Shown here: piece by piece, positions 29,625-39,086 of the stretch
How positions within the stretch are numbered: position 1 is the stretch's first letter
Layout of the letters: the number at the start of each line of letters is the position of its first letter
The notes under the pieces: model-generated
The model's input: only the letters and a program-made list of their open reading frames with translations
Told to the model about the DNA's origin: nothing
Database searches by the model: none
Assembly (NCBI GenBank): GCA_963777605.1
Contig: CAVZRV010000035.1
Coordinates: 160,001 to 224,000 of the forward strand
Direction of reading: 5' to 3'
DNA: 64,000 bases
Origin: an uncultured Acidobacteriota bacterium
GTDB taxonomy: Bacteria; Acidobacteriota; UBA6911; RPQK01; JAPXNP01
Program-made: the position numbers and the translations under genes

Positions 29625-30971
29625 TTATATCAGATCGGAGTTTGCGGACCGGGATTGCCAAAACCAGTATGCAGGAAGTCCGGTCAGGATGACGGCAATT
29701 CCCAAGATGACCCGGATGAAATCGTTGAATACGCTGTTGGCCACCAGGGCGGCGGCAGCGACGGCGAAGATGAGAGGAACAACCGGATACCCCCAGGCTC
29801 GGTAAGGCCGGTCGAGTTCAGGTCGGCGAATTCGCAGGACGATCACTCCCGCGGCCCCGAGTCCGTAGAAGACCCAACTGACGAAAATGACGTAGTTGAA
29901 GAGCTGTTCGAAAGTGCCGATGAGCGTCAGCAGAGATGCCATTACGCCGGTGAGAACAATTGCCACGCTGGGCACTTGAAAGCGGGGGTGGACGAAGGTC
30001 ACCGCTCGAAAGAACAGTCCCTGCCTTGCCATGGCATACGGCACCCGGGGTCCGGCCAGGATGTTGCTGTTCATCGCCCCGGATATCGAGAGGAGGATCG
30101 CTCCGGCCACAAGACTCCCCCCGATCGGTCCCAGCGCCTTCTCCATGGCGTCCCCGGCAACGCTGGCCGAAGAGGCAATCTCCTGGAGCGTCAGAACCCT
30201 GAAGTAGGCGACGTTGACGACAAGGTAGAGTCCGATGACCACAAGCGTTCCGCCCAGCAGGCCACGCGTCAGGTTGCGCCGGGGTTCGTGGACTTCTCCC
30301 GCAGCGAAGGTCACAAGGTGCCAACCGTCATAGGACCAGAGCACCGCAATCATGGCCAATCCGATGGCGCTGAGCGAAGGAAAGGTGAACGAAGCGGTCT
30401 CCGGGGCCGGCATCGAGGTACCACCTCCCGGCATGAAGAAGAGCACGGAAGCGATGGCCAACAGCGAGCCTATCTTCGCGCAGGTCAACAGGTTCTGAAC
30501 CACCGCACCGAAGTGGATTCCACGGTAATTGAAGGTCACAAGGAGCGCAATCAAAGCGATTGCCACCGCCTTGCTCAGTCCCGGAGGCCAGTGGGCAAGG
30601 TAGCTCAGGTAGATGGCAAAGGCGTTGGCCAGCGTGGCAATGGCACCCGGTATGATGACCAGGAATGCGCACCACCCGTAGAGAAAAGCGGGGAGTCGTC
30701 CGTAGGCCTCATCGAGAAATACATAAATTCCGCCCGCCTCGGGAAACGCCGAGCCCAGTTCGGCAAAGGAAACCGCACCGCAGAAGGTCAGGACTCCCCC
30801 GGCAATCCAGACCAGGAAGACGGCACGTACATCGCCCAGCACTTGAGCGATCGATCCGGGCGTCAGGAAAATCCCCGAGCCGATTATGGCTCCTATAACC
30901 AGAAGGGCACAGTCCAGCCCTCCCAGGGCCCGCTTGAGCGGTTTTCCAGTCCGCCGGTTAGAACGCGCCAC
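29625..30971 (-). CDS. APC superfamily amino acid permease
   Basis: GAIIGSGIF, WSYDGW and RPYRAWGYP motifs; about 12 TM helices. Confidence 0.92.
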   Translation of the reverse strand: MARSNRRTGKPLKRALGGLDCALLVIGAIIGSGIFLTPGSIAQVLGDVRAVFLVWIAGGVLTFCGAVSFAELGSAFPEAGGIYVFLDEAYGRLPAFLYGWCAFLVIIPGAIATLANAFAIYLSYLAHWPPGLSKAVAIALIALLVTFNYRGIHFGAVVQNLLTCAKIGSLLAIASVLFFMPGGGTSMPAPETASFTFPSLSAIGLAMIAVLWSYDGWHLVTFAAGEVHEPRRNLTRGLLGGTLVVIGLYLVVNVAYFRVLTLQEIASSASVAGDAMEKALGPIGGSLVAGAILLSISGAMNSNILAGPRVPYAMARQGLFFRAVTFVHPRFQVPSVAIVLTGVMASLLTLIGTFEQLFNYVIFVSWVFYGLGAAGVIVLRIRRPELDRPYRAWGYPVVPLIFAVAAAALVANSVFNDFIRVILGIAVILTGLPAYWFWQSRSANSDLI

Positions 30972-32637
30972 TGTTCTTCCTCAAAATCCGGCCGGGCTTC
31001 ATCCCGGTGTGTTCAGCATGCTCCAGGACCGGGACTCCGTTGACGATAACGGCTTCAATCCCCGTCGGATACTGGTGGGGATCCGTAAAGGTCGCATTGT
31101 CGATAACCCGTTCGGGGTCGAAAAGCGTGAGATCGGCCTTTTTCCCCTCCGCCAGCACACCTCGTTCCGTCATGCCCAGTTTCTCGGCATTCAGCGCGGT
31201 CATCTTCCGAACCGCCTGTTCGAGCGTGAGCACTTTCTCTTCGCGGACATACTTGCCCAGAATTCGGGGGAAAGTCCCATACCAGCGCGGATGCGGCTTA
31301 CCCTCGCCCAGCGGCCCATCGGGCCGGACCGCGGCACCGTCGGAGCCAACGGAGACCCATGGTTGCTGCATCGCATAACGGACGTCGTCCTCGCTCATCA
31401 GGAAGTAGACGGCCGGCACCGAACCGTCTTCCGACGCCAGCAGATCAAACACCACGTCGGTCGGACTCTTGCCCCGGTCGGCGGCAATCTGGGCGACCGA
31501 CTTGCCCTCACAGGGCTTGTTTTCTTCACTGTCAACCGATGCCACTACGCAGCCTTCCCACTCGCCTGCGGCAAGGTAGTGATCGAACCAGCCGGGGACT
31601 CCTTCCAGAATGTCCTGGGACATCCTGGCCCGAAGCTTCCGGTCTTTGAGGCGCTTCATCATCTCCGCGTGCCCCCCCTCCATGGCCCAGGGCGGTATCA
31701 GGGCGTCCAGGTTGTTCTGTCCGGCCACATAGGGATACTGGTTGGCCGTGATCTGCACGCCGCTCTCCCGGGCTTTCTCAATCTGCCCGCAGATCTCCGG
31801 CATGGAGCCCCAGAGACGGTGATCGGCAACTTTGAGATGCAGCACGTCAACCGGCACGCCGGCGCGGCGCCCCACTTCGATGGCCTCTTCGATAGCCTCG
31901 TCGATCCCCTCACCCTCGGTCCGGATGTGAATTGAGAAAAGGCCGCCGAAAGAACGGGTTTCTGCAGCCATTTGGGCTAGCTGCTCGGTCGTGTGGTAGG
32001 TATTCGGAGGAACCAGGAGAGCACAGGACAGTCCGAGTGCCCCCTCGGACATGGCCTCCCTGACCAGGCGTCGCATCTCAACCATTTCGGTCGGTGTTGG
32101 CTCGCGGCTTTCCTCTCCCAGCACACAGAGGCGAACCTGCGTTGCCCCAACGAACGAAGCTACGTTGAGCGAGACGCCCTGGCGCTGCAGCCGGTCGAAG
32201 TACTCGCCCAGGGTGCTCCAATCCACCTGGAGTCCGTAGGGTGCCGTCCGCGGCGCCCTACCCGCGATCGGTCCGGCCGAAAGCGACTCTCCCAGCACTT
32301 CAGTAGTGACTCCCTGTCGAACCTTGCTCTGTGCCGTCCCGTCGACCAGGAGGGAGTAGTCGGAATGCGTGTGCACGTCTATGAAGCCGGGGCTGACGAT
32401 CAGGCCCGCCGCGTCGATCCGGCGGCCGGCAGCGGCTTTCTCCTCGGGCGAAATCGAGCCGATTCGGGCAATCGTATCGCCGACCACACCGACATCGGCC
32501 TGGAAGCGTTCCGCTCCCGTCCCGTCGACAACTTGCCCGTTCTCAATGACGATGTCAAACTTCTGGGCCCCGGGTGGGCTCCCGCACCCATAAAGGAACA
32601 AACTCGCCAAGACAATCCCGATCAGATTTCGCATCAT
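30958..32637 (-). CDS. N-acyl-D-amino-acid deacylase (amidohydrolase), lipoprotein
   Basis: Lipobox LYGC, PGFIDVHTHSD, HIRTE, GSDG and PHPRWYGTFPR. Confidence 0.9.
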   Translation of the reverse strand: MMRNLIGIVLASLFLYGCGSPPGAQKFDIVIENGQVVDGTGAERFQADVGVVGDTIARIGSISPEEKAAAGRRIDAAGLIVSPGFIDVHTHSDYSLLVDGTAQSKVRQGVTTEVLGESLSAGPIAGRAPRTAPYGLQVDWSTLGEYFDRLQRQGVSLNVASFVGATQVRLCVLGEESREPTPTEMVEMRRLVREAMSEGALGLSCALLVPPNTYHTTEQLAQMAAETRSFGGLFSIHIRTEGEGIDEAIEEAIEVGRRAGVPVDVLHLKVADHRLWGSMPEICGQIEKARESGVQITANQYPYVAGQNNLDALIPPWAMEGGHAEMMKRLKDRKLRARMSQDILEGVPGWFDHYLAAGEWEGCVVASVDSEENKPCEGKSVAQIAADRGKSPTDVVFDLLASEDGSVPAVYFLMSEDDVRYAMQQPWVSVGSDGAAVRPDGPLGEGKPHPRWYGTFPRILGKYVREEKVLTLEQAVRKMTALNAEKLGMTERGVLAEGKKADLTLFDPERVIDNATFTDPHQYPTGIEAVIVNGVPVLEHAEHTGMKPGRILRKNSGAF

Positions 32638-32811
32638 GCCACCTCCCCTCCAGACGATTATTCACAATCTCATGAACCACGAGAAATATCTATGATCGAC
32701 GATTTTGGGATTTGTGATTTCCCGAGAACTACGTCTGGTGGTTTCTGAATGGGGTTCAGGGGGTAAGATTCTTCTTGATCGCCGGTCCCGAGTGCGACAC
32801 CATTCCTTCTG

Positions 32812-33495
32812 ATGAAAAGAACACCGCGGTTTCGCTTGTCGCGCCTGTCCATTACCTGCATCCTGGCCGGAATCACCTGTAGCGTGGTGGCCGGTTTTGG
32901 ACCGCTCTCGGTGAGTCAAAGTCCCGCTGTCGAACCGGGGTTCACCGCGATCTTTGATGGCAAGACTCTGAGCGGATGGGAGGGTGACCCGAACTACTTT
33001 CGGGTCGAGGACGGCGCCATCGTGGCCGGTTCGCTCGAGCGCGCGACACCGGAGAATCAATTCATCAGTTCGACTGGATCCTACGGTGACTTCGAGCTTC
33101 GTCTCTCCTTCAAGCTGCTGGGCGACCCCGCCCACGCTAACGCGGGAATCCAGTTTCGAAGCAGCCGGGTTCCCGACAGCAATGAAATGAGCGGCTACCA
33201 GGCCGACATCGGACAAACCTACTGGGGATGCCTGTACGACGAGTCACGCCGCAACCGGACCCTGGTCCAGGCCGACCAGGACGCGGTCAACCCGGTCTTG
33301 CGCCGGGACGGCTGGAATGATTATGTCATCCGCTGCCAGGGCCGGCACATCCAGCTCTGGCTGAACGGGGTGCAGACAGTGGATTACACCGAGCAGGATA
33401 GCGGAATTGCCGAAAGCGGCATGATCGGCCTCCAGGTCCACCAGGGCCCCCCGTCAAAAGTCTTCTACCGCAACATCCGCATCCGAAAGCTGTAG
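32812..33495 (+). CDS. DUF1080 (3-keto-disaccharide hydrolase-like) protein
   Basis: FDGKTLSGW, NAGIQFRS, GYQAD, WNDYVI, GLQVH and YRNIRI motifs; signal peptide. Confidence 0.9.
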   Translation: MKRTPRFRLSRLSITCILAGITCSVVAGFGPLSVSQSPAVEPGFTAIFDGKTLSGWEGDPNYFRVEDGAIVAGSLERATPENQFISSTGSYGDFELRLSFKLLGDPAHANAGIQFRSSRVPDSNEMSGYQADIGQTYWGCLYDESRRNRTLVQADQDAVNPVLRRDGWNDYVIRCQGRHIQLWLNGVQTVDYTEQDSGIAESGMIGLQVHQGPPSKVFYRNIRIRKL

Positions 33496-33498
33496 GGC

Positions 33499-34917
33499 TC
33501 AGGAATCGAGTCCGATGAGGGAGATGATTTTCTGCTTGTCGGCTTCCAGTTTGACCGGCTTGTTGGAGAAACTCGACTCGAGCTTGCCCGATTTCTTGAC
33601 CAGGATGGTCTCGTAAGCTGCCTTTTCGTAGAGGTTGTCCAGGTGATAGTTGACGGTGTAATCCGGGTCTTTCAACTGGTGTCCGGTAAGGACCGCCACA
33701 ATATCCTCGTCTTTGTCGATGGTGATGTCCGCGTCGCCCGATTCGGCCATCTCCATCAACTTCTTAAGACCCGCCACCGTGGTAGCTGATGCCGGCTCGC
33801 AGCCGATCCCATCCCGGCCCAGCACCGCCTTGGCGTCGGCAATCTCCTGTTCGGTGACGACGTCACACCAACCGTCGGTAAACTGGAGCGCGCGGACGGC
33901 TTTCTTCCAGCTGATCGGCCGACCGATCTTGATGGCACTGGCCAGGGTAAAGGCACCTTCAACGGGAACCAGTTCCTGCGAACTCGAAACCAGGGTCCGG
34001 TAGAGGGGGCTGGCCCCGGCAGCCTGGATGATGGTCACCCGAGGAACCTTGTCGATCAGGCCAAGGCTCTTCAGCTCCATCAGTGCCTTTCCATAAGACG
34101 AACTGTTGCCCAGGTTGCCGCCGGGAACCACGATACGGTCGGGAATCTGCCAGTCCAGCTGTTCAAAAAGGCCCAGCATGACGGTCTTCTGCCCCTCGAG
34201 ACGGAACGGGTTCAGGGAGTTCATCAGGTAAAGGTCGGTCTCGTTCGAAATCTCCTGAACCAGCTTCATCGCCACGTCGAAGTCGCCCTTCAACTGGATT
34301 GTCAGGGCGCCGTAATCGAGCGTCTGGGAGAGCTTCCCGTAGGCGATCTGCCCTTCCGGAATGAAGACGACCGGCTTGAGCGGCGTTCGCGCGCAGTACG
34401 CGGCCATCGACGCCGACGTGTTGCCCGTCGATGCACAAGCAACCACCTTCGAGCCCAGCTTCTGCGCCTGGCAAATGGCGGTCGTCATCCCGTAGTCCTT
34501 GAAGGAGCCTGAAGGGTTCCAGCCGAGGTGCTTGACCCGCAGGCGGCTGAACCCGGAGTAGGCCGCTGACCGCGGCGCCTCGAGCAAAGGGGTGTTTCCT
34601 TCTCCGAGCGTAACCACGTGACCATAATCGGCTTCATCAAAGGGGAGCAACTCTCGGTAACGCCAGACTCCGCTGAAATCGAGCGGGTGGTTGCTGGATC
34701 GCCGGGACCAGAAGAGGTCGCGCAGGAACTCCGGGTCGATTTCGGCGGGAAATTCCAGGACGATGTCCAACAGATCGCTGCATACCGGGCACCGGTAGAG
34801 CTTCTCTTCGCAGGAGAAGCTCTTTCCGCACAAGGCGTTGATGCAGCGGAACGTGTAGCGCGATTCTATTCGCTTAAGAGACGTCGAAGATTCTCGATGA
34901 CTTCCGGTGTGTCCCAC
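33499..34917 (-). CDS. thrC: Threonine synthase
   Basis: N-terminal Zn ribbon, GEGNTPL, NPSGSFKD, CASTGNTS, PGGNLGN and CEPASA; start uncertain (overlaps tlpA). Confidence 0.92.
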   Translation of the reverse strand: MGHTGSHRESSTSLKRIESRYTFRCINALCGKSFSCEEKLYRCPVCSDLLDIVLEFPAEIDPEFLRDLFWSRRSSNHPLDFSGVWRYRELLPFDEADYGHVVTLGEGNTPLLEAPRSAAYSGFSRLRVKHLGWNPSGSFKDYGMTTAICQAQKLGSKVVACASTGNTSASMAAYCARTPLKPVVFIPEGQIAYGKLSQTLDYGALTIQLKGDFDVAMKLVQEISNETDLYLMNSLNPFRLEGQKTVMLGLFEQLDWQIPDRIVVPGGNLGNSSSYGKALMELKSLGLIDKVPRVTIIQAAGASPLYRTLVSSSQELVPVEGAFTLASAIKIGRPISWKKAVRALQFTDGWCDVVTEQEIADAKAVLGRDGIGCEPASATTVAGLKKLMEMAESGDADITIDKDEDIVAVLTGHQLKDPDYTVNYHLDNLYEKAAYETILVKKSGKLESSFSNKPVKLEADKQKIISLIGLDS

Positions 34918-35408
34918 GGCCGAGCTCCCTGATGAAAGTGAACCAGTCTGCGGTGGCTGTCAAGTAACAGGGTCATCGGTATCGACCAGATCCGCAGCCG
35001 GTCCGCAAGAATTCCTTTTTCGTCGATCAGGATGGTGAAGTCGTAAGGGGCATGGGCCAAGTAGGCACGAACCGTCGCAGGATCTTCATCCGTAATCGCC
35101 AGTATTCGAAAGCTCTCGCGTGAAAGTGCATCCTCGAGGGCTTCCATCGAGGGCATTTCGACTCGGCACGGGCCGCACCAAGTCGCCCAGAAGTTGACTA
35201 GCAGAACCCGCTCGTCAAAATCACTGATCTTCACGGGCTTGCCGTCAACCGTAAGCAGGTCGGCAGAAAGGTCAACCTCGACCCGCTGCTCCGGTCTTAG
35301 CCAGGTCTGCCCGAAAACCGGGGCAATGCAAGAGACGAGGACGAGCGCAAACCCAACAACTACCGGAACCCAGCACTGGGAAACGACCAGATCACGCTTG
35401 AGTCTCAT
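34866..35408 (-). CDS. TlpA/ResA-family thiol-disulfide oxidoreductase
   Basis: VNFWATWCGPC...EMP, cis-Pro IPMT, N-terminal signal/TM. Confidence 0.9.
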   Translation of the reverse strand: MRLKRDLVVSQCWVPVVVGFALVLVSCIAPVFGQTWLRPEQRVEVDLSADLLTVDGKPVKISDFDERVLLVNFWATWCGPCRVEMPSMEALEDALSRESFRILAITDEDPATVRAYLAHAPYDFTILIDEKGILADRLRIWSIPMTLLLDSHRRLVHFHQGARPWDTPEVIENLRRLLSE

Positions 35409-35498
35409 CGAAGCCGCGTCATCTTACCACAGGGTTTGAGGGTTTGGGGGTTTCGTTGGAAGCGCCAGCGTTCGCTTCCGTGCGACCTGCCGGGTTTC

Positions 35499-35528
35499 AC
35501 AGCGAAACCTGTCGCTTCGCGCACTTCA
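35499..35528 (+). repeat. Degenerate copy (25/30) of the 12856-12885 REP-like repeat
   Basis: ACAGCGAAACCTGTCGCTTCGCGCACTTCA. Confidence 0.6.
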
Positions 35529-35695
35529 AAGAAACCCTCGGAAACGCACGCGCAAGTTCACCGGACAGCGGAACGAGGAACGCTGAACGTGGACACCCTC
35601 CGGACATCAAGCCCCCAGACACCCAAATCCCAAATCCAAACCGCGACTCCCATTCGACATTCTTCCTCGAGCGAGCCTATGATACTGGCTGGCGC

Positions 35696-36418
35696 ATGAA
35701 GGTAGCTCTTTTTGTCACTTGTTTGGTGGATCAGCTTTACCCGAAGGTTGGGCTCGCGACAGTTGAATTGCTGCGGAGTCTGGGCGCGGAAGTCGTCTTC
35801 GACCGGCGCCAGACCTGTTGCGGGCAACCCGCTTTCAACAGCGGTTACGCGGAAGAGGCGGCGAGGGTTGCCCGGTGCTTCCTCGAAACCTTCCGCGACG
35901 CCGAGATCATCGTGACTCCTTCGGGTTCCTGCGCCACGATGGTCAAGAAGTTCATCCCGGAACTGATGGAGCCCGATTCCGGTGATTTCGCCGTTGCCCG
36001 GGCCGTCGCCGACCGGACCTGGGAGCTCTCGGATTTTCTCGTCAACGTGTTGCAGGTCTCCGACGTCGGGGCCCGCTTCCCGCACACGGTCACTTTTCAC
36101 GATTCCTGCCACCAGCTCAGAGAACTGGGGATCTTCGAGCAGCCCCGACAGCTGATCAGGGCCATAGGTGGCGTCCGTTTCGTGGAGATGACCGACTCGA
36201 CCCGCTGCTGCGGTTTCGGCGGCACCTTCGCAGTGAAGTTTGATGAACTCTCATCGGCCATAGGTGAGGACAAAGTGAACCGGATTCAGGAATCGGGGGC
36301 CGAGGTGGTGGTTGCCAATGACGTCAGCTGCCTGATGCACATCGACGGGTTGCTGCGCCGCCAGAAGGTCCCGGTCCGGACAATGCACCTGGCGGAACTG
36401 TTGACGCAAAAGTCATGA
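35696..36418 (+). CDS. lutA: Lactate utilization protein A (CCG-domain Fe-S subunit)
   Basis: MKVALFVTCLVD, QTCCGQP, SGSC, HDSCH and CCGFGG; ATG 35696. Confidence 0.9.
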   Translation: MKVALFVTCLVDQLYPKVGLATVELLRSLGAEVVFDRRQTCCGQPAFNSGYAEEAARVARCFLETFRDAEIIVTPSGSCATMVKKFIPELMEPDSGDFAVARAVADRTWELSDFLVNVLQVSDVGARFPHTVTFHDSCHQLRELGIFEQPRQLIRAIGGVRFVEMTDSTRCCGFGGTFAVKFDELSSAIGEDKVNRIQESGAEVVVANDVSCLMHIDGLLRRQKVPVRTMHLAELLTQKS

Positions 36419-37809
36419 TTCGAATCAAACCGAACATCCCGGCAGTACTGGGGAATCCGAAGCTTCAGGCAAACCTAAGGAAGACCCTCTCGAACGCCGG
36501 TCCGGCTCGTCTGGCGTCAATCGCCGACGTGGAGAACTGGGAAGAGCTCCGCAACTACGCCCGAGCCGTCAAACTCCACACTTTGGGTCAGCTCGATCGG
36601 TACCTCCTTCAGCTCGAAGAGAAGATCACTTCGCGGGGAGGTAAAGTCTTTTGGGCCGATTCGGCCCAGGAGGCGACCGACTATGTCGTGGGCCTGGCTC
36701 GAAAGAGCGGGGTCCGCTCGGTCGTCAAGAGTAAGACCATGTTGGGCGAGGAGATTCACCTCAACGAGGCTCTGGAGGCAGCCCAAGTCCAGGTGGTCGA
36801 GACAGACCTCGGAGAGTACATTCAGCAACTCTCGGGAGAACCCCCTTTTCACATCGTGACTCCCGCGTTTCACAAGTCCAAGGAGGAGGTCTCGCAACTC
36901 TTCTCGGAGCTCCTCGGCGCCCCTCCCACTGACGATGTCAGGGAAATGACCCTGACGGCCCGACGGACGCTGCGTGAACGCTTCCTGGAAGCCGACATGG
37001 GAATTTCAGGGGTCAATTTCGGAATCGCCGAAACGGGAACCCTGGTGGTCGTCGAGAACGAAGGGAACGCCCGACTGTCCACCTCGCTGCCCCGAATCCA
37101 CGTTGCCCTGATGGGGATTGAAAAGGTCATTCCGAGAGCCCGCGACCTGGCGGTCTTTCTGAAGCTGCTGACGCGCAGCGCAACGGGACAGAAGATCACA
37201 AGCTACCTCAACCTGATTTCCGGCCCTCGACGGGAGGGAGAGATGGACGGGCCGGAGGAGTTTCACCTCGTCATCGTGGACAATGGCCGCAGTTCGATCC
37301 TCCAGGATGAGTTTCTCGGCCAGACCCTGGCCTGCATCCGCTGCGGCGCCTGCCTGAACAGCTGCCCCGTCTACCAGCGGATTGGCGGTCATGCTTACTC
37401 CTCCGTCTACCAGGGCCCCATCGGGGCAATCCTGATGCCTCAACTGCTCTCACCCGAGGAGGCACCCGAGCATCCCTTTGCTTCCTCCCTGTGCGGGGCC
37501 TGCCAGGAAGTCTGCCCGGTCAAGATCGAGATACCCCACATCCTCCTCCGCCTGCGTCAGAAGGTGAAGCAGCAGCAAGGTTCAGGACTGGAGCGCCTCG
37601 GCATGCGGACCTGGAGATGGTTCATGACCTCACCGTCCCGCTACCGCTTCGCGACGAAGATCCTCGAGACCGTTTACCCGATGTTCTGGAGGAAGGGCCA
37701 GATTCGCCCGGCTCTGCCACCCATCTCGCTGTGGCAAAAGAAACGGGACCTGCCGGAGGTGCCCCGTCGCAGTTTCAGGGACCTCTTCGACAGTTCGAAC
37801 AAGGGATAA
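36415..37809 (+). CDS. lutB: Lactate utilization protein B (4Fe-4S)
   Basis: ETDLGEYI, ENEGN, RSATGQ, CIRCGACLNSCP and SLCGACQEVCP. Confidence 0.92.
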   Translation: MIRIKPNIPAVLGNPKLQANLRKTLSNAGPARLASIADVENWEELRNYARAVKLHTLGQLDRYLLQLEEKITSRGGKVFWADSAQEATDYVVGLARKSGVRSVVKSKTMLGEEIHLNEALEAAQVQVVETDLGEYIQQLSGEPPFHIVTPAFHKSKEEVSQLFSELLGAPPTDDVREMTLTARRTLRERFLEADMGISGVNFGIAETGTLVVVENEGNARLSTSLPRIHVALMGIEKVIPRARDLAVFLKLLTRSATGQKITSYLNLISGPRREGEMDGPEEFHLVIVDNGRSSILQDEFLGQTLACIRCGACLNSCPVYQRIGGHAYSSVYQGPIGAILMPQLLSPEEAPEHPFASSLCGACQEVCPVKIEIPHILLRLRQKVKQQQGSGLERLGMRTWRWFMTSPSRYRFATKILETVYPMFWRKGQIRPALPPISLWQKKRDLPEVPRRSFRDLFDSSNKG

Positions 37810-37815
37810 CCGTCC

Positions 37816-38493
37816 ATGTCGCGTCAACACATACTGGAGAAAATCCGACGAAGTCGAAAGAGACAGGTAGAGCTGCCACTTGAGCTTCCTTCCTTCCCGC
37901 GGTACGACAATCCGGTTTCGAACTTCACACTCGAAGCAGAGCGGGTGGGAACACGCGTGCTCGATGGAGATGACCTGGAAGCAGCGCTGACGACGGTCCT
38001 CGCGGAAACCGGGGCCCGGCGACTCTATTGGCAAGGCGAATCGGCGCTCGAGCAACTGGGTGGCAACGTGGAACCTCTCCCGGATGAGCCGGACCCGGGA
38101 TCCCGGCGTCTGGCCTATTCCGACCATCCCGACCAGGTCTGCCGTTTCCCGCTTCGACTGGAATCGGAACCCTATGACCGGGCCAGACTGGCTCTGGCCG
38201 AAGTGTCCGTAGGAAAGGCTGACTGGGGTATTGCGGAAACCGGCACTGCCACTGAAAGCACCCAGCGGGCGGGCGGCCGGGTTCTCCCCATCCTGGCCCC
38301 CAACCATGTACAGATCCTCTCCCGCTCCCAGATCCAGATGAACGTGGCCGAGTTTCTGAGCACAATCACACTCAGCGTCGAGGAGAGCGCCCGCATCCTG
38401 ATGACCGGGCCGAGCCGTACGGCCGACATCGAAAAGATCCTCATACTGGGCGTTCACGGACCGCGGCAGCTCTACGTGATTCTCGTCCCCTAA
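37816..38493 (+). CDS. lutC: Lactate utilization protein C (LUD domain)
   Basis: IAETGT and TGPSRTADIE..GVHGP motifs. Confidence 0.9.
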   Translation: MSRQHILEKIRRSRKRQVELPLELPSFPRYDNPVSNFTLEAERVGTRVLDGDDLEAALTTVLAETGARRLYWQGESALEQLGGNVEPLPDEPDPGSRRLAYSDHPDQVCRFPLRLESEPYDRARLALAEVSVGKADWGIAETGTATESTQRAGGRVLPILAPNHVQILSRSQIQMNVAEFLSTITLSVEESARILMTGPSRTADIEKILILGVHGPRQLYVILVP

Positions 38494-38537
38494 TGTCCTG
38501 TCACTAGCAACCTGCAGTAAACTGTTGCACGGATTTC

Positions 38538-38942
38538 ATGTACCGGATTACGAAACGATTTCACTTTTGCTACGGCCACCGGCTGCTCAATTACGCTGGC
38601 CCCTGTGCGCATCCCCACGGCCACAACGGGTTGGTTGAGGTCGATCTGGAGAGCCCCGACCTGGATGACCAGGGCATGGTCTGGGACTTCGGGAAAATCT
38701 CCTCCCGCCTCAAGGACTTCATCAACGATTGCCTCGATCACCAGATGATTCTCCGCTCGGACGATCCCCTTGCCGCCGTCCTGAAAGAGATGGGAGAGCC
38801 GGTCTACCTGCTCGATTCCAATCCGACTGCCGAAAACCTGGCCCGGTTGATCTTCGAAGAAGGCCTCCGCAGAGGAATCCCGGTTAAGGCGGTCCGCCTT
38901 TGGGAGACTCCCCGCAATTGCGCCGAATACCGGGGAGCGTGA
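38538..38942 (+). CDS. queD: 6-carboxy-5,6,7,8-tetrahydropterin synthase
   Basis: GHRL...CAHPHGHN, LDH, NPTAEN and ETP motifs. Confidence 0.88.
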   Translation: MYRITKRFHFCYGHRLLNYAGPCAHPHGHNGLVEVDLESPDLDDQGMVWDFGKISSRLKDFINDCLDHQMILRSDDPLAAVLKEMGEPVYLLDSNPTAENLARLIFEEGLRRGIPVKAVRLWETPRNCAEYRGA

Positions 38943-39086
38943 GAGCCGGGTTTCGGGTAACAAGTCTCCCGGTTCAACGTTCCGGGGGCCGGCGTGCGGT
39001 TGGAACCACCTGGGTTGCGGCTGATTTTCGGGAAGTCCGTAAACGCTCTGCGCTGTCGTTCCCTGAAACCTTGAACGCTGAACCCC

